Below, in pieces: positions 52,087 to 64,000 of a stretch of DNA of 64,000 nucleotides. Location: contig OX597824.1 of the NCBI GenBank assembly GCA_951406725.2, forward strand, positions 27,652,001-27,716,000, written 5' to 3'. Positions within the stretch are counted from its first letter, which is position 1. Every line of letters starts with the position of its first letter. The DNA comes from Octopus vulgaris. Taxonomy: Eukaryota. The position numbers were made by a program, and so were the translations under genes. Below the pieces are notes generated by a model. The model was not told the DNA's origin and searched no databases. It was given only the letters and a program-made list of their open reading frames with translations.

Positions 52087-52699
52087 CATACATACATATA
52101 CATATATACATATATATATATGTACATATATATACATATATATATATATAGGTATATAGGTATGTATACATTTAAGTGTATGTATATATGTGTTTGTGTA
52201 TGCATATATGTATGTATATGTGTGTGTACGTATGCATGTTTGTCTGTAGTGCATTTTAGTCGGCCATAAAATTCTGAACATAATATAATCAACGTTAATA
52301 CGCGACTCAAGTTTCAGCAATAAATTTCTTACGTTCTTCTCGGATTGCATTTCTGCAGATCACGTTGGTTGTCTTCAAAGAAAGAGTTTTACTCTGTTGA
52401 TACATAATCACACTGATTCACACAATTTTATACGTACACTGAGAATGACAGCCTCTATCAAGTAAATATTTGGCCATGTATTCAGGAACGAATGTCTAAA
52501 TGTACACACATGCACTAAACATGCACACACACACATCCACATACACGAAAACATACACGCCTGGACACACGTCCTGAGATACACTCAATCGGACAGAGAG
52601 AACCACGCAAAATCAAAATTTAGTTGTAGAGAACTGATTTCGTGTTGATTGATAACTTACGTGTCATAAATAAAATAATTACAAAGAAAAAATATTACT

Positions 52700-52828
52700 C
52701 AGAAGTGGGTGTGTGGTAAGTAGATTGTTTACCAACAATACGTTACGGGGTTCAGTCCCACTGCGTGGTATTTTGGGCAAGTGTCTTTTACTATAGCCTC
52801 GGGCCGACAAAAGCCTTCTGAGTGGACA
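52700..52828 (+). mobile_element. 5' part of SINE family B
   Basis: GTGTGTGGTAAGTAG...GGTTCAGTCCCACTGCGTGG..TTGGGCAAGTGTCT. Confidence 0.85.
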
Positions 52829-54504
52829 TATAAATACAGAGATATTATATATATATACAATTATGTATGTATATATATATATATACTTATTTTTTAAAAA
52901 ATCGCAAAGAATTCTTCATGCAGATTGAATACTTTAAAAAAAGATTTAAATACTTTAAAATCATTAATTACATAACTGAAATTATTAATTATATGAAAAA
53001 ATTGTATTGTGACGAGGGCTTTCCGTTATTAAACACGTGTGTTTAAAAGCATGTGTGTGTGTACACTGCGGATTTCCTAACGTAGATCCAGTGAAAATTA
53101 TATGTGGATGACACCAGGAAACCCAACGGTGAACGTACCTTAAACGACATAGTAATAGACATATATCCAAAGTCCAAATAGTTACGAGTTCAAATTCCAC
53201 CGAGGTCGACTTTGCCGTTCATACTTTCGGGGTCAATAAATTAAGTACCAGTTTCATATTTGGTTAGATTTAATTGGTTGGTCCCCCGCCTGCCAAATTT
53301 CGGGCCTTGTGCCTAGAGTCGAAACGAATATATATATTATGTCAGGGGGAAAATGGCAATCCATACAGGACGAGCATCTCCAGTCATATAGAATAATTTA
53401 ATATAGAAAAATTTAATAATTTGAAGTCTACGGCTGTTTCTGTGATATCTCAACTGATAGGGCAGCATATCCGCACACCGGGTATTCCGTCATCGAACGT
53501 CAGTCTAATCACTCTAATCACTATCGATGTTCATCCAAAGTTCAAGGAAAAATAAAATATCCCTATATTTAAAAACGAATAGATACACACTTATAGAAGT
53601 AAATAGTAGAGAATGATAACAAAACTATTTATCAAAACGTTAATAAATGCCTTAGAAAAAAAGGAGCTTAACACCATTTTTTTCCCTTGTTTTCACAAAA
53701 CGATTGATCAAACTCATTTCAACTACTTCAACCCATGAATATCATTTAAATAAGGGCATTAGTACGACAATGTTGGGTTGTAATCGAAGTATAAGGATTC
53801 CCAAAACACAACCAATGATTGGATATTTAATAGCCGATATCTATACTTTTATTAAAATATACTATCACCATTATTGCAAATATTCACATCATATATTTTA
53901 CACACAGGGAATTATGTTGTTTTAATATTTTACATTATTTTATATAAACAAAAAGTTTAAATTTCTTTCAAAATAAAACTAGATAATAATTGCACACGAA
54001 GTTTATCTGAGAGTAGTTTGAAGAATTGCTAATCCGTTCGGTATTGTTTTTGCTCTTTTATTTGTTAATGGTTATTTAAAAAAAAACTTTAATTGTATTA
54101 GGAGCGAATGTAGTTCTCTCGAATGTTTGTTTGCGTTTTTTTTTTATATTTGTTTCGTTATCAGATTTAAGATTTAAGGAAAACGAATAATTTGATTTAT
54201 AGAATCACAAGGAACATTTTCTTCAAGGAAATTTATGCTTCTCAGATGACGAGAAACTAATAGTCTATACTCATGTTCACGCATACATGGGCATGGAGTC
54301 TCACGCATACACACACACATAGTCACGCATGCACACACATATACACATACATTTATACGTACATATATATGCGAGTGATTGTAGGTTTATGTGTATGTGT
54401 GAGAGAGAGATGGGGAGACAGAGAGAGTGAGTGCATGTATCTGTGTGTCTACCGGTGTATACATATATATGCATACATACACACACACACACACATATAT
54501 GTAT

Positions 54505-54563
<59 letters not shown>

Positions 54564-57500
54564 GATTCATATATGTATGTATATATATATATATATACCT
54601 GCGTGTGTGTGTATGGGAGTATTTTTATGTATAGACATGATGAATGATATTTATATATACATATACACGCACATACAATCTTATACATTCACATGCAAAA
54701 ACATACACCCATACACACACTAGAATATGTATGTGCGTGCGTAAAACCAATTTTCCTCTCATCTCAAGACGACCACGTTAATTAATAGAATGTCACGTGA
54801 TTAAATCATTAAATTTGTCAATGGATTTTATTTGGAAATAACACGGCATATTCTTTTTAATATATATTATAGGAGGAAAAGACAGAATATTATGAAAGAA
54901 AGGAGATTTGCGGGTGTAGTCCGCCCCCTCCCTTCGCCTACCTTTGTGGCTGAGGTTCATTATATTCAACTAAGTATTAACCCCTGGATATATTTGTATA
55001 CGGTGGTCAATTGGCAAATTCGATTGTGCGTCGAACAAAATACTTGGTGACATTCCTTTCTACTTTTTAAAAGGTTCCCCGTCCAAATTCCCTAGAGGTC
55101 AACAGTTTTTATTTTTGGTTCCATTTGATGTAGATAAAACTTGGGTCCAGTACTGGTGTCGATGTGATCTACTTTCACCCTCCCCACAAAATCCAGACCT
55201 CGTGCATATAGTAGAAAGGATTATTAGATTTATCCTACATTATACCGGTACAGCTCGGCGCAACCCCAAACATTTGGTATCACCTGTTGGCCACATTAGG
55301 GTGTAGCCGGTATAATAGAATGGGAGCTTTTATATACATATTCAAAACGCAGAGTAGCAGGAGATTCCGTAGTGGTATGGAGGCCGTGGTTGAAGCCAAT
55401 AGCGATTTTATTGAATAAATTTACTGTCGTTCATTGTATAGGAATGTGTAACCATCTTTCTTTCACAACCATACCATTTTAAATTCAGAAAGTGACACTT
55501 TAAAACGACATCCCTTATAAAGAAATAGCAATTTTTCTCGTTTCTTTTAGGAGGGAAGGCTTATATATTCATCACCATTTATTTCTCAAGACTTCTAAGA
55601 CTTTTATTTAGAGAGAATGGGAAGAATTAATCCTTAAACAAGAGATTTAACTACTTGGTTGTCGGCGATATTCTTTCTTCACGATTTTGCTGTTTGTATG
55701 ACCCTTTCAAATGTTATTTCAAGCTGCATAATAGTTTAATGGTAGTGTTTTATGGGGTTTCATAACTCTATTTTTCAGTTACAAATTATGCTAATCGGTT
55801 TAGAAGTTGAAATTAAATTTTACTTCTGTTCCGATATATGAAGAGGGAGTACGAGGTAGACAAAAGGTAGTGAATTTATCTAACAATCCAATAGAATGTT
55901 TGCCTAAAGGTCAGGTTCTGCTGCTATACAACTAAACAGGTTTAAAATGTACCAAGGAAGAACTCACAACATAAAATACAACCTAAACTAGTCCCACAAG
56001 TCATCTCAGTCAGCGACCATACAATTTCATCAATCCATAGCTCTGGACTTCTACTTATTTTATTGGTTCTGTAACAACGCAACAGAGGAGTTACCAGTGT
56101 AGGATTCGAACTCAGTGTAGGATTAGAACTCAGGAGAAAGAAAATGAGGATGCCATTTTGTATTCCGCTCTGTCGATACTGCCAGTTAATTGGATACGTT
56201 TTCAGTTCTGACTTGTTATTCAACGGCAGCAACAAGAGAACTACAGTGATTAGTTTTATCGAATCCTGAGATTGAAATACGAATCGTTATCTCGGTAGGA
56301 CTTCTTGATTTCGGAACGTAAAGGGATTAACAAATTGTTTGTTTGATATTTAGCCCAATTTTTGCACACCGGAAAACAGGCTTATCGACATTGCGTCTGT
56401 CTTTGCTTTCTGATTTCATGTTTCGCCGAGGATGACTTTGCCTTTCATACTTTCAAGGTCGAGAAAAATAAGTACCAGCTGAACCCTGGGGTCAATATAA
56501 TCGGCTTTCCCACCCTCAAGATTGCTGACCTTGAGCCAAACTTTGAAACCAATTTTTTGTCCGTATTTAGCACGCTGGACGAAAGGTTTATCGGTATTTC
56601 ACCGGTCTTCACTTCACTTTCTGACTTGAAATTTTGCCGAGGTTAACTTTGTTTATCATCGCTTTCAGGCTCGATAAGACAAGTACCAGTTGATCACGGG
56701 CATCGATAAAATAGGTACCAGTTGATCACTGGCAACGATAAGACAAGTGGTAGTTGACCACTGGGCTTCTCCATCCCTGAGAATTGCTGACCTTGTGCTC
56801 AGATTAGAAAGGATATTTAGTCTACTCTTCTAAATGTTCCACAAGTCAGCGCTCATTCTGGACTCAATATAAGAATTGAGAATTATCCACCTGATGTCAA
56901 TGAAATAGGTACTAAAGAACTAAAGCTGCAATAATATGTTAACTTCTATTAAATCCAATATTATCCCTTCGTTACAAAGCATTGCCTATTGCATCGCCAA
57001 GTCAAAAGAAATCACTTTAGACGTTGCATTGAAGTAAAACCGTTTAATAAAAACCAGGGAATTGAAAATCACTATAATACTATCGCAGGAAATGAAATAG
57101 AAGCAAAGACAGAATTAAATCACTTTGAAGAATTCTTACAACGTCAGTTCCATACACTGACCACAAGAAAAAAATAAAAGACATCAATTAAATCCGTCCA
57201 ATTTGTTCATTTATTCACGGTTTTACTAAATCAAACTTTTATATAAAAGCAAAGCCTATTAATTATTCATTTGAGATTATCCGGAAAATAATAGAATTAT
57301 AATTTGAAAGTGACGAAAGAGAGAGATTGAGATATTCTGCCGTTATGTTGTTCTCTGAGATCTTTTGGAATAATAATAAAAACAAAAATGATGATGATCG
57401 TGTCGTTTATAAAGTAAAGACTATTAATTCTGTTGTGAATATGATTTCTTTCTCGAGGTTATTGTTCTCTCCGTTGTCTCTTTACGAGAGGAGAATGAAT

Positions 57501-57662
57501 TCCAGTCGTCGTCGTCGTGACCAACACAACCATTATTATAAATGTCACTAACACTACCACTACTATAACTGCCACCAACACGATTATCGCTATGAAGACG
57601 ACGACGACAACAATGTTGGAGACTGCAACGACGATGTTGACATCGATGGCAACGACGACGAC

Positions 57663-57893
57663 AGAAGAGCTGGCAGAAACGTTAGCGCGCCGGGCGAAAT
57701 GCGTAGACGTATTTCGTCTGTCATTACGTTCTGAGTTCAAATTCCGCCGAGGTCTACTTTGCCTTTCGTCCTTTCAGGGTTGATAAATTAAGTTCCAGTT
57801 ACACACTGGGGTCGATTTAATCGACGTAATACCTATGTCTGTCCTTGTTTGTCCCCTCTATATTTAGCCCCTTGTGGGTAGTAAAGAAATAGG
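57663..57893 (+). mobile_element. SINE family C (monomer plus linker) inside degenerate (GAC/GGC)n repeats
   Basis: GAGCTGGCAGAAACGTTAGCGCGCCGGGCGAAATGC...TTAGCCCCTTGTGGGTAGTAAAGAAATAGG. More degenerate family C copies at about 16095-16295, 53175-53330, 56410-56815 and 62030-62690. Confidence 0.9.
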
Positions 57894-58590
57894 TAGCGAC
57901 GTCGTCCAAAATAGCGGTGACGTCAAGAAAAATGGCGTCGGTGGTAATGGCAACGGCTGTGACAACGACACCGATGACAACGATGTCGGTAGCTATGACG
58001 ACGACATCATCGGCATTGATGTTGTATATAACGATGGCGACGTTGAGGGAAACGGCGGAGGCAGCGATTGTAACAGCTAGACGACGACGAGGACGACAAC
58101 GGCGGCGACTACGATGCAGGCGGCGGTGGCTACAACGATGCCGGCGGTTACGAGGGCAACGTCGACGGCGGTAACTACGAGGATGTCGATAACGGTAGTT
58201 GCGCCGACCACGTCAGTAATAATGGTTTCAAATATTGGCACAAGGCCAGAAGGAAAAAAAAATGCCGCTCAGGAGTTGGCCTGGCGTGCTAATGATGCTG
58301 CAAGTTTACCACCTTCATGATAACAGTAATAAAAACGATGATATCTAATAGCAACAGAAGTGCAGAAATTTGTTGGAGAAGGCAGCCAACTAAACTAATC
58401 CCTCAAACCCACCAGATGACTGGTACACTATTTTATCAACTATGGAAGAAAAAAAAAGAAATTTGGCTTCTGCAGTATTTGAACGCGAAACGAAAAGAAG
58501 CAGGAGCATTTATGATATAACAGTTTGCTACAGGAGATAATCATTCACTCATTCTATCGCTCTAAACATCATAAGAGTGTATTGAGTTTC

Positions 58591-58972
58591 GTGGAGGCGC
58601 AATGGCCCAGTGGTTAGGGCAGCGGTCTTGCGCTCTTAGGATCGCGGTTTCGATTCCCAGATCGGGCGTTGTGAGTGTTTATTTAGCGAAAGCACATAAA
58701 GCTCCAAGAGTTTCCGGCAGTGGGGTGGTGGCGAACCCTGCTGTACTCTTTCACCACAACTTTCTCTCACTCCTTCTTTCTGTTTCTGTTATACCTGTAT
58801 TTCAAAGGGGCCAGCCTTATCACTCTCAGTGTCACGCTGAATCTCCCCGAGAACTACGTTAAGGGTACACGTGTCTGTGGAGTGCTCAGCCATTTGCACG
58901 TTAATTTCACGAGCAGGCTGTTCTGTTGATCGGATCAACTGGCGCACTCGTCGTCGTTACCGACGGAGTGCC
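58591..58972 (+). mobile_element. Full-length SINE family A
   Basis: GTGGAGGCGCAATGGCCCAGTGGTTAGG...GTTTCGATTCCC...GACGGAGTGCC. Imperfect TSD AGTGTATTGAGTTTC / AGTCGCATTGAGTGTC. Confidence 0.92.
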
Positions 58973-59309
58973 AGTCGCATTGAGTGTCATATATAAATAA
59001 TGAAAAATTTTTTTTTTTAAATAGCATTTTGATAAGGTTATCTCTACAGATATGCTATTGAAATTATAATCGACATAATCTCTTTCTCACACTTGCTGGC
59101 CTTGTACCAAACATTGAAATTAATAATTAATTTCAACACTAAATTTAGTATCATCTTTATTATTATTTTAATTGAAAAACGGAAATAGATCAGTTCGACA
59201 TGATTTTTAAGTCTTGGTTTTTCTTCTCTCTAATTTCCCCTTCACAGCGGCAAATTGGTAGAAGTACTATTCTGTCGGACAAAACGCTTTGTGATATATC
59301 TTCCAGCCC

Positions 59310-59527
59310 TGGTAGACGGAATGGGCTACTCGATCATTAGAAAATCCTGACTGGGCCCCCTACCTACAAGGTCATGCACTGTTTATCTTGATATGAGAAC
59401 ACCATGTCGAGCCCATATGGTTATAATGCATGTGCCTGGTGTCCCCTTAACAGACGGGTAGTCATGATGGGTATACTGGGCTTCGTCACTTTGATGGCAT
59501 GCACTGCTCTCACTCAATAATAATAAT
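59310..59527 (+). mobile_element. Family L retroelement 3' end with a short (AAT)n tail
   Basis: ATGGGCTACTCGA...GCATGCACTGCTCTCACTCAATAATAATAAT. Confidence 0.8.
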
Positions 59528-59529
59528 TC

Positions 59530-59665
59530 GAAATTTCCCCAAGAAACCCGATGTATGTTGGAGGGCATATCAACCGAAACGTTGTGTTAACAACAAAGAT
59601 GAAGACAAATATCTGTCAAATGCAAATACTGTACATAATTCTTTATCTCTTAAATATAGAACTGT
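59530..59665 (+). mobile_element. PLE terminal repeat family P2 with decayed hammerhead
   Basis: CCGAUGUA UGUUG gagggcauau CAACC GAAAC GUU GUGUU. Downstream sequence is homologous to the reverse complement of 10417-10470. Confidence 0.65.
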
Positions 59666-59924
59666 ATCCTCAACTATCCCTAAATTTCTTTATCACTCTT
59701 TCTCTCCCTCTCTTTTTCTTTCATTCTTTCCTCTCTCTCTCTCTCACTTTTCTCTGTCTTCCCCACCGCCCCCACCGTCACTATGCCTACTATTACTCTC
59801 ACCCCAGCACGAAGAAGTGTCATTGAATAGTGCGAGGGTGTGTCAAAGTGTGACACACTGACACACAGATATTAGTTTTCGCATTTATTATATTATATTA
59901 TATTATATATATATATATATATAT

Positions 59925-60013
59925 ATTAGCAGTATCGCCCGGCGTTGCTCAGGTTTGTAAGGAAATAACTATATTTTTAGAGAGTTATATATGGAAAAAA
60001 AATGATGGTAAAT

Positions 60014-60020
<7 letters not shown>
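59925..60020 (-). mobile_element. Helitron 3' end (same family as 46518-46911)
   Basis: TAGCAGTATCGCCCGGCGTTGCTCAGGTTTGTAAGG is the reverse complement of the hairpin terminus. Confidence 0.8.
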
Positions 60021-60045
<25 letters not shown>

Positions 60046-60125
60046 CAAAATTTTCGCTGCGTTAGTTTTGAATTATGACATTGGGCTATGTGTGTGTCAA
60101 GTTTCATCAGAATGTGTGTGTGTGT

Positions 60126-60221
<96 letters not shown>

Positions 60222-60929
60222 CAACGTTGTCTTCCAGCTAATGTTTTATAATAGAAAACAAGAAGGGAAGGACATGCACTAATATGGAATGGAATCGATT
60301 ACGTTTGACAAAAAAGGATTACTAACAGAGCGCTGTTCAATTTTATTTTTCTCTATTGCGCCTGCCTCGGGTCTAAACATAAACAAAACCTACAACAACA
60401 AGAACAATTACGAAAATATAAAATTCAGTATGGTATCGTTATGACACTTTCATTTTATCGGATATGAAGACTTTAGTTTGTTTCCATCGTAGTAAGTAGA
60501 AGAAAACCTGGAGAGTTAAATATCTCGATAAAACAGAATTACTTCTGAATCGCAAAAGAAATAGAAAGCTGACACTGAATTCCATTTCTCTGTATACATT
60601 TTTTTGTTTGTTGTCACGTGTCACATTTGTCAAGTAACTCCGAAGCTTTCAAATCAAAATGTAGTTATCATTAGGTTCCGTCTACTCCTTATGCCAGAAA
60701 AAAAAAAATGTATTGTCACTTTTATTCCGGCTAAACGTTCGGAGCTCAAATTAAAGAGAGGCCTACATTGCCCCTCATCCTTTCTGCTTCGATAAAATGA
60801 GTGCCACCCTGATACGGGTGTTGATGTAATCCACTTCTCTCCTATAAAGTCTAGGCCTTGTGCTTGGAATTTTTTTGGGTGGGGATAGGGTGATTATAGT
60901 AGAAGGTTTATTATCATTATTTTATTTTT

Positions 60930-61281
60930 GACTTTTACTTTACATTTGTACAAGTTGGATCCAAGTCTCTCCCAGAGACCTCAAGAGAAAACAAGTTGGA
61001 AGTTTATGTTGGTGTTATGCCTAGGGTGCCATATATTTGGTTTTGTACATAGTGTTGATCTAGAGAATGTTTAAGAAACCGTAAGACAATTATGTTTTTG
61101 TTTTAACATCTGTTAGGTAGCTATAATTCATAGGGCAGCTATGACAACAGGTATTCATTTAGTCTTCAGGTTCCACATTTTGCTAATTTATATTTTAAAA
61201 TCTTTATACCTGCTCAGTTTTTGGTAGGTCTTGACAGATACGTTTATATCGATTGGGACAGTCATATCAATGAGAAGGCAT
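60930..61281 (-). mobile_element. R4/Dong-type LINE C-terminal remnant
   Basis: Minus-strand CLLIDMTVPIDINVSVKTYQKLSRYKDFKI*ISKMWNLKTK*IPVVIAAL, followed by a putative 3' UTR. Confidence 0.85.
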
Positions 61282-61307
61282 GATTATTATAAATATTATT
61301 ATTATTA

Positions 61308-61399
<92 letters not shown>

Positions 61400-61407
61400 T
61401 TAATATC

Positions 61408-61880
61408 ATTGTGTGAGAGGGCAGTGCATGCCGTCAAAGTGACACTGGGGTAAAATATACGAAGCCCAGTATACCCATCATGAGTGCCCGTCTGATAAGA
61501 GTACACTCGGCACATATATCACAACCATATATGCATGACATGGTGATCTCATATCAAGATTAACAGCGCATGACCTCGCAGGAGAGGCCCAGTTAGAATT
61601 TTCTTCTGGTCGAGTAACCCATCCCTTTCAAAAGAACCTTGAATAAGGGTTCTTTAAGGATGTTGAACGAAACATCCATGTTTCCAAAGGTGAATTATTC
61701 AAACCCCAAAGAATCCCTCTCAACACAGGGCTATGATGCTCCCCCACTACATCTGCTTGTGATCAGAGATGCAGATCTCATCAGCCACTAAGGGACATGC
61801 TCAACTGGTTAAGGTCAAGCAACTGACTAGCAAATCTGTGGTATTGAGCAGAATATTTGCTGTAGCCCATCTTTCATACC
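61408..61880 (-). mobile_element. Family L retroelement 3' region with (AAT)n tail at 61282-61400
   Basis: Longest copy of the 16613-16995 family. Confidence 0.82.
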
Positions 61881-63199
61881 GCAATGTACATGAAAACACT
61901 TCCAATCAGTTAAGATATGAAGCCATTTGGTACTGCATCAGGGCATCTATTATTATTATTATTATTATTGTTGTTGTTGTTGTTGTTGTTATTATTATTA
62001 TTATCATTATTATTATTATTATTATTGCTAAGGCGGTGCGCTTGAAGAATCTTTAACGCGTTGGACGAAATGCTTAGCGGTATTTCGGCCGTCGCTACGT
62101 TCTGAGTTGAAATTCCGCCGTGGTCTGCAATACTGTTCATCCTTTCTTTGTCATTGAAATAAGTATCAGTGAAACAATGGGGTCGATGTAATCGAATAGA
62201 TCCCCTCCCACAAAATGTCATGCCCATTGCAGTAAGATTTTATTACTGTTATTATCAACGCACCGAAGTTTAAGAAACCGTACTACACCGGACGAAATGC
62301 TTAGCGGCGTTTTGTTCATCTTTTACGTTGAGTTCAAATGTAGCCAAGGTCAACTTTCACATTCCGAAATCGATAAAATAAGTACGAGTTGAGCACCGAG
62401 GTCGATATAATCGATCAACCGACTTCCCCGACATTGTTGGCTTCGTGTCAAAATTTGAAATTCTTATTAACGCACTGAGCTTGCAGAATCGTTACTAGGC
62501 CGGAAAACTGCTTATCGGTACTTCATCCGGCTTTATGTAACGAGTTCAAATTCACCCGACATCGACATTACCTTTCGTTCTTTCGGGGCTTACTAAAAAA
62601 ATAAGCACCAACTGAGTACTGGAGACGATGTAAGCGATTTCAGTGCCCCATCCCACGAATTTGTCGGCCTTGTTCGAAAATTTGAAATTGTTATTATTAA
62701 TATTATTTTCATCATCATCATCATCATCATCATCATCGTCATTGTCGTCGTCGTCGTCGTCGTCATCATCATCATCATCATCATCATCATCGTCATTATC
62801 GTCGTCGTCGTCGTCGTCATCATCATAATTATTATCATCATCATCATCACCATCAACATCTTCATCATCATCAGCATCATCATCGTTCCATTTCTATTAT
62901 TCTCGTCTTAATAGCTTTCTCCGGAATTTTAAACATTCTCAATATATGTTAGATTTATTCATGTTCAATGGAATATAAGAAATTGTGTTTACATATAGGA
63001 TAGAGAAAAAAGTGAAAAAGAGAGGAAATGGAGGATATCTACACAGATATATGTGCATATGTGTGTGTGTGTCTCTGTGTATGTTTTAGTGTGTTTATAT
63101 ATACAGTTTGATAGATATATAACTAAATGAATAGATGCATACATACACACAAACATGGTTAGATAGCTAACTGTATATATATATATATATACTAACTGA

Positions 63200-63337
<138 letters not shown>

Positions 63338-63453
63338 AGAGAGAGATAGAGAGATAGATAGACAGACAGATTGACAGATGGATAGATATATAGACAGACA
63401 GAGAGAGACAGGCAGATAGATATATAGATAGATAGACAAACAGACAGACAGAC

Positions 63454-63516
<63 letters not shown>

Positions 63517-63529
63517 CAAACAGACAGAC

Positions 63530-63608
<79 letters not shown>

Positions 63609-64000
63609 CAGAGAGACAGACAGGCTGAAAGAAATATTGCGAGAAAAAATGAGTCTTTAGGCGCATACAATAGATGAAAAGAAAAGGCCATGATGTAGAG
63701 AAATTGTGTCGTGAAAGGAGTAGGAGATGTAAAGGAGGTAGAGGGGCAGAAGTGTTGTAAACAGATGCAGTGAGGCATATACAGATAGGAAATAGGAACA
63801 GAAACTAGAGAAGCACACAAGGTAAAGAGAGTAGGAGTGAATAATAGAGAGAGAATGATACAGACTAGGTGAGAGAGTGAGAGGCAGAGATAGTAAGTAA
63901 AGACAAGTTGAGTAAGTTAGTGGTAATGTGATTGTGAGGTAGGGTTAGAAAGAGAGGGTGAAAGAGTGCAAAAAAGAATATCTCAAAAAAATAAGGGAGG

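Noticed and set aside
55238-55316. Short inverted repeat ATTATACCGG-TACA / TGTAGCCGGTATAAT
   Set aside because: About 14 bp with an indel, a single copy and no TSD, so it could be chance.
57517-58320. Mucin-like T-rich and D/G-rich ORFs
   Set aside because: They are degenerate (GAC/AAC/GGC)n repeats interrupted by a SINE, with no splice or coding support.
61760-61800. CUGAUGA on the minus strand of family L as a hammerhead
   Set aside because: No GAAA follows a stem II, so the core cannot be completed.

Overview
AT-rich, microsatellite-saturated animal genomic DNA, intronic or intergenic. The SINE families and repeat load point to an octopus/cephalopod genome (inference). I found no intact protein-coding gene. 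Almost every ORF in the track is a translated simple repeat (YIYI, LSIY, poly-I/L/Y). The real content is decayed transposable elements: three tRNA-derived SINE families (many copies, several with clear TSDs), Penelope-like element (PLE) RT fragments and terminal repeats, R4/Dong-type RLE LINE fragments, an RTE LINE, Tc1/mariner remnants, hAT- and Tc1-type MITEs, a complete non-autonomous Helitron and a DINE-1/Helentron-like element. The most notable signal is a set of minimal type-I hammerhead ribozyme motifs from several PLE-like families. One family has three copies with a non-canonical CUG-U-N-GA-A core. Two long near-perfect inverted repeats also carry hammerhead parts. One candidate 91-nt host exon lies on the minus strand at 6606-6696. 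All coordinates and translations were read by eye and element boundaries are approximate.
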